Assembly: GCA_964202905.1 (NCBI GenBank) | Contig: CAXNJO010000004.1 | Coordinates: forward strand, 384,001-448,000 | Reading direction: 5' to 3' | Length of the DNA: 64,000 nucleotides | Source of the DNA: Polyangiales bacterium | GTDB taxonomy: Bacteria > Myxococcota_A > Polyangia > Polyangiales > JADJQN01 | Part shown: positions 54,149 through 64,000 of the stretch, piece by piece | How the letters are laid out: every line of letters begins with the position of its first letter | Numbering within the stretch: position 1 is the stretch's first letter | Notes under the pieces: generated by a model | What the model saw: the letters and a program-made list of their open reading frames with translations, nothing else | Database searches by the model: none | What the model was told of the DNA's origin: nothing | Made by a program: the position numbers and the translations under genes

Positions 54149-54332
54149 CGGCCCCCTCCGCGGCAACGCGCGCGCAGCCCAACCGCGGGGCGCCCACACG
54201 GCAGCCGTCGGCGGCGTCATCCCCCAGGACGGGCCGCGCCGCCTTCCTCGCCCGACGTCGTCGACGCGGAAGCCTACGCGCCGCGCCCGGGCAGCGCCCA
54301 CGTCACGCTCGGACCGGGACGAGCGGCTGCGC

Positions 54333-55376
54333 TCAGTGGCCGTGCGGGTCGCGCGGCCGCTGCGGTGGGGGCGCGACCGGGCCACCGGGGAGACTGCCGG
54401 GCGGCGGGCTCGCACCGCGCGGCTGTCCCGCGCCCGCCGGCGCGATCGGACGCGTCGGCGCGGCCTGGGCGGCCCCCCCGCGCACGCGACGCACGACGAC
54501 GCGCGTGATGCGGACCGGCGTCCGCGGGCGGTTCTCTTCACCGCCGAGCTGCGGGACGCGGGCGATGCGCCCGATGACGTCGGGCTGCAGACAACGGCCG
54601 AAGACCGTGTACGTGTTCATCGCGTCGAGCTGGGGGGCGGCGCCATCGAGCAGGAAGAACTGCGCGCCGTTCTGGTTGGGCGCGGTGTTCGCCATGCAGA
54701 GGAGCCCCGCGCGGTCGTGCTTGAGGTCGGCGCGGAGCTCGTCTGGGATCGTGTACCCGACCGTGCCCGTGCCATCGCCGAGGTAGTCGCCGCCCTGGAT
54801 CATGTAACCCGGGATGACCCGATGCAAGATGGTGTCGCGGTACATCGGCCGCGTGACCCAGGCCCCCGCGCGCGCGTCCCACCAGGGGCGCATGCCCCGC
54901 GCGAGGCCGATGAAGTTGGCGACCGTGTTCGGGGTCTTGTCGGCGAAGAGGTCGCACTGCATCGTGCCGAGATCCGTGCCGATCTCCGCGACGAGCGTGC
55001 CGTCCGTGCCGAGGCCGGCGACGGACTCCTCCAGCGTGAACGAGCCCGCCTCCGGGTCCGGCGAGGTGGGCGTGCGGACGAGGTTCGCGAGCGCGCGGGC
55101 CCGCGCGGTGTCGCCCGTCTTGCTGGGGGTCGGGCCACCGCGCTTCGTCGGCTCGGCGAGGATGACACGGTAGCCGTCGACGACGATTTCCGTCTCGCCG
55201 CCCGCCTTCTTCACCGCGGCGGCGCCGCCTGCGCCTCCGCCCGGAGAGACGCCCGGCGTGGCCCCGCAGCCGCTCGTGTCGCAGCCCCCCGCGAGCGCAG
55301 CGACAAGCGCCAGCGTGGCGACGTTGCGCCGCGCGCGGCGTAGCGACCGCGTGTCCGAAACTGAATGGCTATTCAC
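54333..55376 (-). CDS. Cyclophilin-type peptidyl-prolyl isomerase, probable lipoprotein
   Basis: TPNTVANFIGLA, HRVIPGYMIQGGD, CMANTAPNQNGAQFF, YTVFG; LAGGC lipobox. Confidence 0.9.
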   Translation of the reverse strand: MNSHSVSDTRSLRRARRNVATLALVAALAGGCDTSGCGATPGVSPGGGAGGAAAVKKAGGETEIVVDGYRVILAEPTKRGGPTPSKTGDTARARALANLVRTPTSPDPEAGSFTLEESVAGLGTDGTLVAEIGTDLGTMQCDLFADKTPNTVANFIGLARGMRPWWDARAGAWVTRPMYRDTILHRVIPGYMIQGGDYLGDGTGTVGYTIPDELRADLKHDRAGLLCMANTAPNQNGAQFFLLDGAAPQLDAMNTYTVFGRCLQPDVIGRIARVPQLGGEENRPRTPVRITRVVVRRVRGGAAQAAPTRPIAPAGAGQPRGASPPPGSLPGGPVAPPPQRPRDPHGH

Positions 55377-55932
55377 TGCGACTCCCTCCCCGCGGCTCGG
55401 CCTCGCGCGGGACACCGACGAAGCGAACGAACACTCCGGGACCGATGCCGTGACGCCGGGCGGTGCCCGCGTTCAACTCGAGAACGTAATGCGAATCACC
55501 CTCGACCTCGCGCGGGTCATCCGTCTGCGGCTCGGCGTTCTCGACGACGCCGAGTACGCGCATCGCCGACGTGATGAACACCATGTCGAGCGGCAGATAG
55601 GTGTTGTGCATCCAGAAAGACAGATGCTCCTGCGCGTCGAAGAGGAAGAGCATCCCGGCGTTCTCCGCCATCTGACGCCGGAACATCAGGCCGCGCTGGC
55701 GTGTGCGGTCTTCGTTGGCGACCTCGACCTCGAAGGTCACCGGCTCGCGCCCCGGCGGCTCGAGCACGACCTGCCCGCGCGGCAGCGAAGGCGGCGCCGG
55801 GCGGGACGACGCGGGACGCGGTGCGTCGACGTCGGGCTCCGCAGCGGGCACGGTGGAGCCGCCGCCCGAGCACGCGGCGCCGGAGAGCGAGAGCGCGAGG
55901 GTGAGCACGGCGAGGGGCTTCAGCGGGCGCAT
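55369..55932 (-). CDS. DUF192 family lipoprotein
   Basis: RQRGLMFR, GMLFLF, FWMHNTYLPLDMVFI, YVLELNAG. Confidence 0.92.
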   Translation of the reverse strand: MRPLKPLAVLTLALSLSGAACSGGGSTVPAAEPDVDAPRPASSRPAPPSLPRGQVVLEPPGREPVTFEVEVANEDRTRQRGLMFRRQMAENAGMLFLFDAQEHLSFWMHNTYLPLDMVFITSAMRVLGVVENAEPQTDDPREVEGDSHYVLELNAGTARRHGIGPGVFVRFVGVPREAEPRGGSRSE

Positions 55933-55982
55933 CGGAGATCACGCATGAGAGTCGGGCGGCCTATCACAACCCGCGGGGCGGC

Positions 55983-57593
55983 TCAAACCTTCCACCGCTT
56001 CAGAAATCCGCCGAGCAACGCGCCGACCGCGCGGAACTTCGCGCCGATCGCGGCTGCGCTGCGCAACGTCGTGAGCGCGCGCGCCACCGTCGCGAGGGCA
56101 GGCGTGTACGGATGCCACCAGAGCTCGCGCTTCGCGCGCGACGCATCGACGAGGATCGCGCGTGGCCGCGTCAACAGGTCGAGCGCGTGCGCGCTGTTGG
56201 TGACGCCGTAGCCGCTCTCGCCGACACCCGTCCACGGGAGCGACGGGATCGCGCCCGAAAATGAATGGTTGTTCACCATCGCGACGCCCGTTCGGAGCTG
56301 CCGCGCGAGGTGCTCGCCGCGCTCGAGGTCGCGCGTCCACACGCTGCCGGTGAGGCCGAACGGCGAGGCATTGGCCGCCGCGAGTGCGGCCTCGGCGTCG
56401 TCGACGCGCACGAGCGGCAGCACGGGACCGAACGTCTCGGCCGTGAGCACCTCGGCGTCGAGGGGCACGTCGACGAGCACGGTCGGCGGATACCAGAGCC
56501 CCGGACGCGGGTCGCGCGCCCCGCCCGTGAGCGCGCGCGCCCCCGCGGCAACGGCCGCATCAACGTGTCGCTCGACCAGCGCGAGCTGCGCGGGCGTCGT
56601 CATCGGGCCGACGTCGCGCCCGAGCACGAGCGCCTGCGTGAGCGCCACCACGCGCGCCTCGAGCCGCGCCGCGATGCCGGGCGTCACGTAGACGCGCTCG
56701 ATCGCCGCGCAGTTCTGGCCCGCGTTCGCGAAGGCGCCCCACACGAGGCCCGCCGCGGTGCGCTCGAGGTCCGCATCGTCGAGCACGATGGCCGCGTCCT
56801 TGCCGCCGAGCTCCAGCGAGACGGGCACGAGCGCGTCGGCCGCCGCGTGCGCCACCTTGCGCCCCGTCGGCACCGAGCCCGTGAAGACGACGGCATCGAC
56901 CCCCGCCGCGACGAGCGCCGCGCCGACGTCACCGCCGCCCTGCACGAGCGCGACGAGATCATCGCCGTAGACCTCGCGCGCGGCCTCCGCGATCAGCGCA
57001 CCCGAACGCGGCGCGTACTCACTCGGCTTGAGGACGACGCCGTCGCCCGCGAGCAGCGCCGGGAAGATCGTGCGCAGCGGGATCGCGACGGGGAAGTTCC
57101 ACGGCGTGATCAGCGCGACCACACCGCGCGGCGCACGCTCGACGGTGGCGCGCTTGCCCGGGTAGGAGATCGCGTCGAGCTCCGGCTCGTGCGGGGCGAG
57201 CAGCGCGGGGCCCTCTTCGCACCAGAACGCCGCGAGATCGGCCGTCGGCAGCACCTCGACGAGCCGCGCTTCGGCCTCGAGCTTCCCGCACTCGTGTTGC
57301 AAGACCGCGACGGTCTCCTCGCCGCGCCGGAGCAGCGCCTCCGCGAACCGCCGCAGGAGCGCCGCGCGCGTCTCGACGCTGCGCGCCGCGTGCACCCGCT
57401 GCGCCTCGCGGCAGCGCGCGACGGTTGGGCGCACCTCGGCGACAGGCGTGACGGCGACGGGCGTGAGCGGCGAGCCGTCCGCGGGGCTCGTCCCGCGGAT
57501 CTCGCCGTCGGCGATGAGCGGGGCCGCAGCGTCGAGCGAGGCGCGCGAAGCGGCGGTGTCGGCAGCGAGCGACGGGGACGCGTCGATGTGCAT
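55983..57593 (-). CDS. Aldehyde dehydrogenase family protein
   Basis: ITPWNFP, LKPSE, FTGS, LELGGKD, AGQNC, ETFGP. Confidence 0.95.
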   Translation of the reverse strand: MHIDASPSLAADTAASRASLDAAAPLIADGEIRGTSPADGSPLTPVAVTPVAEVRPTVARCREAQRVHAARSVETRAALLRRFAEALLRRGEETVAVLQHECGKLEAEARLVEVLPTADLAAFWCEEGPALLAPHEPELDAISYPGKRATVERAPRGVVALITPWNFPVAIPLRTIFPALLAGDGVVLKPSEYAPRSGALIAEAAREVYGDDLVALVQGGGDVGAALVAAGVDAVVFTGSVPTGRKVAHAAADALVPVSLELGGKDAAIVLDDADLERTAAGLVWGAFANAGQNCAAIERVYVTPGIAARLEARVVALTQALVLGRDVGPMTTPAQLALVERHVDAAVAAGARALTGGARDPRPGLWYPPTVLVDVPLDAEVLTAETFGPVLPLVRVDDAEAALAAANASPFGLTGSVWTRDLERGEHLARQLRTGVAMVNNHSFSGAIPSLPWTGVGESGYGVTNSAHALDLLTRPRAILVDASRAKRELWWHPYTPALATVARALTTLRSAAAIGAKFRAVGALLGGFLKRWKV

Positions 57594-57603
57594 GGGCCGC
57601 CAT

Positions 57604-58400
57604 TCAGGGCCGTGCGCCCGGGCGCGTCAAGAGGCGGGAGCGACACGCCGCGCATCGCCCCCAGCCCGATCGGATACACGTACACCGCGCCCGCGCTGAC
57701 GCTGCCGTTGTCGGTGTCGTCGACGCCGACCCCGCGCGCGACGGAGCGCTCGCCCAGAGCGCCGACGGCGAGCGTCCGGCCATCGCTGGAGAGCGCGACG
57801 GAGTCACCGAAGGTGTCGCCCTCGTCGGTGTTCGAGGCCTTCACGTAGGCCTCCTCAGACCAGACGCCGGTCGCGCTCCGTCGATAGGAGTAGACGGCAC
57901 CCGCGAGCGGGGCCTCGTCGTTGCGAGGGTCGCCATCGATTCCCGTGGCGGCCGAGCCCTCGTTCGGTGCGCCGACCGCGAGCGTGGCGCCATCGTCCGA
58001 CAGCGCGATGGAGTGCCCGAAGTTGTCGCCCGATGCGGCGTTCGGCGCCTTGATGAACACCGTCTGCGACCAGACCCCCAGCGTGGTCCGCGAGAACAGG
58101 TATGCCGCGCCGGCCCCGTAGGCCGTGCCCGGCGTCTGCGCAGCGCCGAGCCCCGACGTCGACGAGGACTCGCCGGCCTCCGGCGTCGTGTCGCAGTCGT
58201 CGAGCCGCCCCCGGCACTCGTCGACGTCGACACAGGTGATCGCCGGAGCGCTCACGGCGCGGAAGCCCGCCGGGCAGGCGCAGAGATACGAGCCGGCGTT
58301 GTCGCGACAGGTGCCCGGGCCACACGGGTTGGTGGCGGCCGCGCGCTCGTCGACGTCCACGCAGGCGCCCGTCGAGGAGCATCGGGTCGAGCGGAGCGAC
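57604..58400 (-). pseudogene. Fragment of an EGF-Ca / FG-GAP (integrin-like) repeat gene, copy C
   Basis: CVDVDE EGF repeats jump straight into FG-GAP repeats (FGHSIALSDDGATLAVGA); no signal peptide and no cadherin-like domain. Boundaries approximate. Confidence 0.65.
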
Positions 58401-58565
58401 GGCGCATGAAAGGCCCTCCATGACATGACAAGGACGTTGATATTTCAGCCGCCCACGACGCCCTCGCAGGACCGCGGCGCGGAAGGGCTCTGGAGGACGG
58501 TCCGGCGTGAACGGCCCGGAAACGGCCGGCCGGCTGGCTGTCGGCGATGTCGCGTTCGCGCCGCA

Positions 58566-60493
58566 TCAGAAGAGGCAAACCGCACCCGCCGTGGAGAGCG
58601 AGCGGTCGGTCTCGTCGCCGCCGAGGCCCGTCGCGGCGGAGCGCTCGTAGGAGGCCCCGGCGACGAGCGTCTCCGCGTCTGCGGAGAGCGCGACCGCGCC
58701 GCCGAACCCCGCGCGACCATCGCTGGTGTTGGAGCCCTTCACGTAGGCCTGCTGCGACCAGCCGGCCGCGTCACGCCGGAACACGTACGCCGCGCCGGCG
58801 CCGTTTGCGCTGTTGTTCGTTTGCAGCCCGCCGATCCCGGTGGCGTTGGACGCTTCGCGGTGCGCGCCGACGACGAGCGTCGTGCCGTCGCCGGAGAGCG
58901 CCACGGCGCTGCCGAATCGGTCGTACGCAGCTGTATTCGAAGCCTTCGCAGGCCTGCTGCGTCCACGCGCCACCGCCGTGATGGAACACGTACACGGCGC
59001 CGGCGAGCGTCGCCGCGTTGCTCGCGTCATCGCCGCCGACGCCGATCGCCGCCGAATTTTCGAACGGAGCGCCGACGGCGAGCGTCTCACCGTCCGACGA
59101 CAGGTCGAGCGCCGCGCCGAAGCGGTCGCCGTCCTCGACCTGATTGGCCTGGAATCGGGCCTCGTGCGCCCAGCCCGTGACGCCGCGCCGGAACACGTGG
59201 ACGGCGCCCGCGCCGGACGGCGAGAGGAGTGGATCGGTCGTGGGCGCATCCTCCCCGAACGCACCGACCGCGAGCGTCGAACCATCGGCGGAGAGCGCGA
59301 TCACCTCGCCGAAGCGGTCGTCCGTGCCGGTGGTCGAGGCCTTCACGCAGAGGTTGCTGCGCCGCACCGCTCTCGGCCGTGACGACGACGGACACGACGC
59401 GGGGCGCGAAGCCCGTGATGGCCACGGTCGCGGGCGAGCCCGACGCAACCGCGACACCATCGACTGCGATGGCGGTACGCACGGGCGACGCGACGCGCGG
59501 CGTGAGGGTGACCGGCGCTGCGCCGGGCGGGACGGCGAGCGTGTAGGTCGTCGTCCCCGGCGCGAAGGCCGGGCCGAACGACGTGCCCGCGCTCGCCGTG
59601 AGCGCGCTCAGCGAGGCGTCGTCGGAGCGGCAACCCGCAGGGCCGCGCCCGCTCCCCGTGAAGCCCGTGGGGCACGTCCACGCAAAGGTGCCGACCGCGT
59701 TGCGGCAGGCCGCCGGATCGGCGTCGCAGTCGTCGGTGTCGCGCGCGCACTCGTCGATGCCGACGCAGGTGATCGTGGGCGCGCTCACGAGCCGGAAGCC
59801 GAGCGGACACGCGCAGAGGTAGGAACCGGCGTTGTCCGTGCAGACGCCCGGGCCACACGGATTGGCCTCGACCGCACACTCGTCGACGTTCGCGCAGAGC
59901 CCGCCCTCGGCGCTCGCGGGCACGAACCCGGGCGCGCACGCGCACGCGAAGCTGCCCGGGAGGTTGATGCAGCCGGCGGAGCCCGTCCCGCAGAAACCCG
60001 GCATCGCGCACTCGTCCACGTCCACGCAGCTCCCGTCGAAGCCCGCGTAGCCCGCGCCGCAGGGGACGCACGCTCCGTCGTCGGCATCGGCGAGCCCGTC
60101 GCAGTCGTCGTCGCGACCCGCGTTGCAGACCTCGGTCGCGCCGGGGTTCACGTCGCGGCGCGTGTCGTCGCAGTCTTCGTCGTCGCAGATCTCCGCAGCG
60201 CCGGGGTGACGCGCGGCGTTCGCATCGTCGCAATCCGTGCCGCCGCACGCCGTGCTCGCGAAGCCGTCTCCGTCGTCGTCCGCGCACGCGCTCATGTCGA
60301 CCATGGCCGCGTCGCGCCCCGCATCGTCGACGCCCGCATCGCGCGACGCATCGAGGCTCCCGGCGTCGATGGACGCGGGCGGCGGCACGTCGGCGTCCCC
60401 GCAGGCCGCGAGCGCTGCGAACAGGAGCGCGACGCACGCCGCGCGCCGGAGCGAACGCGAGCTCGATTTCGTGGGGACTTCTCCGTGATGCAT
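58566..60493 (-). pseudogene. Lipoprotein with DCDD metal-binding motifs, EGF-Ca repeats, cadherin-like sandwich and FG-GAP repeats, copy B (two frameshifts)
   Basis: LAAC lipobox, DCDD...PGATEVCN, CVDVDEC, DASLSAL...FAPGTTTY; continues in frames 58771..59460 and 58566..59285. Confidence 0.7.
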
Positions 60494-60624
60494 CAAGGAC
60501 CTTGCGGTGTCGTCGGGGCGACGGCTGCATGCGCCGTGGGTGTCGTCCGTGCGTGCGCCCCGCTCGCGAGCGGTTTTGAGACAGCCAGCCGGTTGGCCGT
60601 CTGCGCGATCGGCTGCGTACCGCA

Positions 60625-61875
60625 TCAGAAGAGATGGACCGCGCCGGCGCGGAGCTCCGAATCGTCGGTCTCGTCGCCGCCGACGTCGGTCGCGGACGGC
60701 GAGTCGCCGGGCGCACCGACGGCGAGCGGGCTCCCGTCCGCCGAGAGCGCGAGCGCGTGGCCGAGACCGTCGAGGAACGAGGCGTCGAGCGTCTTCACGT
60801 ACGCCTCCTGGGACCAGCCCATCGCGCCGCGCCGGAAGACGTAGACGGCCCCCGATCGGGAGGCGGCGTTGCTCGCTTCGTCGCCGCCGACGCCCGTGGC
60901 CGACGAGTCCTCGACGTAGGCCCCCACGGCGGGCTGCGATCCGTCCGCCGAGAGCGAGACGGAGACGCCGAAATTGTCGTTGCGCTCCGTGTTGGACGCC
61001 CTCACGAAGGCCTCCTGCGCCCACGCGCCGCCGGTGCGAATCGGAACACGTACGACGGCTCCCGTGCTGAAGGTCTCGAAGTACGCGCCGACCGCGAGCG
61101 CCGAACCATCCGCGGACAGCGCGACGGTGGCCCCGAAGCGGTCCCCCTGACCCGCATTGGACGCCTTCACGTAGGCCTCCTGCGCCCACGACCCCGACGC
61201 ACTCCGGCGGAAGACGTAGACGGCGCCCGCCTCGAGCGCCGCGTCGCTGTTCTGGTTGCCACCCACCCCCGTCGCCTCGGAGGCCTCGCCGATGGCGCCG
61301 ACCGCGAGCACGTTGCCGTCCGCGGAGAGCGCGACGGAGTACCCGAAGGCGTCGCGGAAACCGGTATTCGAGGCCTTCGCGTAGAGGCTCGTGCGACGCG
61401 CAGCGAGCGCGTACGTGCGCGTCGCGCCCGTCTCCGTCGTCACGACGACCGGCACGACGCGCGGTGCGAAACCGTCGAGCGTGACGACGGCCGGTGCACC
61501 GGACGGGACGACGACACCATCGACCGAGATGGTGGCGCGATCGGGATAGGCGACGCGCGGCACGAGCGTGACCGACGCCCTACCCCGCGGCAGCGCGAGG
61601 GTGTAGGCCGTCGTCCCCGCTGCGAACACCGGGCCGAGTGTCGCGTCGAGGCCCGCCTCGAGCCCGCTGAGCGCCGGGTCGTCGAGCCGACAACCGCCGA
61701 CGCCGCGGCCGGGCCCGACGAAGCCCGCGGGGCACGTGCACGCGAAGCCGCCGACCGTGTTGCGGCAGCTCGCGAGCGCGGCGCCGCAGTCGTCCGTGCC
61801 AAGCGCGCACTCGTCGACGTCGGCGCAGCCGGACGCCCCGCGCCCGTCTCCCTCGTAACCTGCAGGGCACGCTCA
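60625..61875 (-). pseudogene. 5'-truncated EGF / cadherin-like / FG-GAP repeat gene, copy A
   Basis: CPAGYEGDG..GCADVDEC, FAAGTTAY, YVKASN/FG.SVALSADG repeats; in-frame TGA at 61873-61875 and no recognisable N-terminus. Confidence 0.7.
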
Positions 61876-61952
61876 CGTGAAAACGACGTAGCGGCGCGAC
61901 GAGCCGCCGCACGGCGAGGGTCACGGAACGGCGCGCGTCCCCCCCGTGGAAT

Positions 61953-62813
61953 TCAGCGCGCAGGCCTACCGCGCCAGCCGGCCTCGACTCGCTCTGCGTG
62001 CCCCTCCCGCGCGAGCTTCACGAGGTGCGCCTCCGCGGAGAGCACGGCGAGCGGCCACACGGACTGCGGTGCGTCGGCGTACGCCTCCGGCACGAGCCCC
62101 TCGACCGTCGACACGGACCGCGCGCGCGCAGGGCCGCAAGCACCTTCGCCTCGCGCGCGAGGCGGTGCGCGACGTAGCCGGTCAGCTTCGCGTGCGCATC
62201 CGCAATCGGGCCGCCGTGCGCGGGCAGCAGCACGCTCGCGCCGAGCGCATCGAGGCGACCGAGCGAGTCGAGGTACTGCGCCATGTCGCCGTCCGTCGTC
62301 TCGACGAGGATCGTGCCCTCGCTCGCGACCATGTCGCCGGCGAGCAGCGCGCGCGAGTCTTCGTCGAGAAAGCACAGATGCCCGGGCGCGTGGCCGGGCG
62401 TGTGCACGGCGCGCAGGCGCAGCGGCGGATCGCCGTCGAGCACGAGCAGGTCGCCATCGTCGAGGTGCCGCGCGAACGACACGCGCCCCGCGAGCCGCTC
62501 GGCCGTCGCCGCGTGCGCCCAGAGCGGCGCGCCGAGCCGCTCGGCGAGCGCCGTCGCGCCGCCGATGTGATCGGGGTGGTGGTGCGTGGCGAGGATCGCA
62601 CGCAGACGCTCGCCGCGTGCGAGCCGCGCCTCGACCCACGCGACCGCGCGCGCGAGCTCGTCCTCGTAGGGGGAAGCCGGCTCGACGAGCACGAACTCCC
62701 CGCGACCGACGAGATACGCCTGCGTGTGCGTCGCTGGCGGCAGCGTCGGCGTGCGCAGCGGCAGCGCCTCGATGCCCGGCGCGACGACCACGCGCTGCGT
62801 ACGCGTCGGTCAC
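61953..62813 (-). CDS. MBL-fold metallo-hydrolase (LACTB2-like); frameshifts near 62110 and at the start
   Basis: TPTLPPATHT, THHHPDHIGG, HTPGHAPGH, AGDM, LPAHG; C-terminus AEAHLVKL in another frame. Confidence 0.88.
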   Translation of the reverse strand: MTDAYAARGRRAGHRGAAAAHADAAASDAHAGVSRRSRGVRARRAGFPLRGRARARGRVGRGAARTRRASACDPRHAPPPRSHRRRDGARRAARRAALGARGDGRAARGARVVRAAPRRWRPARARRRSAAAPARRAHARPRARASVLSRRRLARAARRRHGRERGHDPRRDDGRRHGAVPRLARSPRCARRERAAARARRPDCGCAREADRLRRAPPRARGEGACGPARARSVSTVEGLVPEAYADAPQSVWPLAVLSAEAHLVKLAREGHAERVEAGWRGRPAR

Positions 62814-62817
62814 GGCG

Positions 62818-64000
62818 TCAGGGCGCGCACTCGGACGCGAGCGGCAGCAGATCGCTGCGCCCGTAGCCCGAGAGCAGCGTGAGCAGCTGCATGCGCACGT
62901 CGTCGAGCGTCTCGCTCGTGCGGTTCACGGTGCCCGTCTGCGTCGCGGGGACGTTCTGCACGCAGAGGAACTTCGAATTGCCGCACGCGTCGAAGTCCTC
63001 GCAGCTCGTGTTGACGGCCGTCGCGGCCTCGAGGGCGACGTCGCCGTAGTACGCCTTGCCGTCGATCATCGTGAGGCGCACGTCGCGCGCATCCGCGTCG
63101 ATCACGGCGTCGTACGGATCGCCGCCGGTGCGCCCGATCACGGTGATGTCGGCGCGCGCGCCGACCGCGAGCCGACCGATCGTCGGCTCGAGCCCGACGA
63201 CGTCGGCGCCGTCGAGCGTCGCCATCTCCCAGAGGCGCTGCGACGTGACCGCGGCCACCCCGACGGTGCGCGCGTAGTCGCGGGCGAAGCGCAGTTCGCC
63301 GAGCATGTCGTCCTCGCCGGAGAGCGTCCAATCCGGGCCGAGGCCGACCGTGAGGCCGAGCGCGAGCCACGTCGCCGATGTCCGCCGGTGCCGCCGTAGA
63401 GCACCATGTTCGACGATGGGGACCACACCATCTTCGACTGCGTGTCGGCGGCCTCCATGAGCTGCGCCATCGAGAGCGGCACCGAGTGGATGAGCACCGC
63501 CGTGCCGACGTAGCCAGTGCCCGAGAGCAGCGACGTGCCGTTGTGCCGGTTCGTGCGCGGGTCGCGCCCCGCGAACGAGTCGAACTCGCTCGCGAGCGTC
63601 GGATCGGTGCCTTCGGCCATGTGCACCGCGAGGCGCGAGAGCGGCGAGGTCGCCGTGAAGCGGCTGACGTACGTCGCGGCCTGCGCGTCGGTGATGTCGC
63701 CCGGGTCTGCGATGTTGGTCGCGAGCTGCTCGTTGCCAATGCCATCGTAGTGGTCGGGGTTGCGTACGAAGGCGTTGACGCAGCCTTGCTGCGCCGAGCC
63801 GCCGAGTACGGTCGTCGTGCCGTGCACGATCGCGCGCAGCTCGCCCCACTTCGCGCACGGGCAGTAGACGGCGCCCGCGCTGCGCATGTCGGCGTAGGGG
63901 CGGATGAAGTCTTCGTAGCTCGGGTCGTTCGCCCACGTGTAGCGATCGATGTAGGGCATCGGCGGGATCCACTCGCCGAGGAAGTCGTAGGCGAGGTGGT
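62818..64000 (-). CDS. Amidohydrolase family protein (C-terminal part; frameshift near 63385)
   Basis: GTTT, AVHMAEG, LIHS, WSPSSN, GLGPDW, GRLAVGARADI; the start lies beyond the window. Confidence 0.85.
   Translation of the reverse strand, partial: PPRLRLPRRVDPADALHRSLHVGERPELRRLHPPLRRHAQRGRRLLPVREVGRAARDRARHDDRTRRLGAARLRQRLRTQPRPLRWHWQRAARDQHRRPGRHHRRAGRDVRQPLHGDLAALAPRGAHGRRHRSDARERVRLVRGARPAHEPAQRHVAALGHWLRRHGGAHPLGAALDGAAHGGRRHAVEDGVVPIVEHGALRRHRRTSATWLALGLTVGLGPDWTLSGEDDMLGELRFARDYARTVGVAAVTSQRLWEMATLDGADVVGLEPTIGRLAVGARADITVIGRTGGDPYDAVIDADARDVRLTMIDGKAYYGDVALEAATAVNTSCEDFDACGNSKFLCVQNVPATQTGTVNRTSETLDDVRMQLLTLLSGYGRSDLLPLASECAP

Noticed and set aside
61873..61875. In-frame TGA at an EGF cysteine position as selenocysteine
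   Set aside because: The upstream frame is not homologous and the gene is truncated; a nonsense change in a fragment is simpler.

Overview
This is a very GC-rich window of core chromosome, probably from a myxobacterium (Polyangia/Sandaracinaceae-like; inferred from gene content and Pro/Ala- or DAG-rich lipoproteins). In order it holds: a 5-oxoprolinase/hydantoinase cut by the window edge; a minus-strand run iscS-mnmA-lipoprotein-rlmD-nrdR-ribD(reductase only)-ribE-ribB(A-degenerate)-ribH-nusB; an MshEN-like protein, methylmalonyl-CoA mutase and slyD; a HARE-HTH/Mrr-like protein; yafJ-like, ddl and an enoyl-CoA hydratase; a small pilR-pilin-pilG-like-pilin locus; a PEGA Ser/Thr kinase, a 3421-aa TPR protein and HEAT/PQQ envelope proteins; a methyltransferase and GT4; a Cys-rich lipoprotein next to a ferritin-like diiron enzyme; cyclophilin, DUF192 and an aldehyde dehydrogenase; three decayed tandem EGF/cadherin-like/FG-GAP genes; an MBL hydrolase and an amidohydrolase. 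I saw no rRNA, tRNA, CRISPR array or mobile element. Many genes carry frameshifts that look like indel errors in the assembly. The best leads are (1) the Cys-rich lipoprotein ending GPLFPPD(LPA) paired with a ferritin-like diiron enzyme, a candidate post-translational modification system; (2) five exactly phased 17-bp repeats abutting the ribH ribosome-binding site; and (3) a riboflavin operon lacking both the RibD deaminase domain and an active GTP cyclohydrolase II. All calls come from reading motifs by eye; no searches were run.
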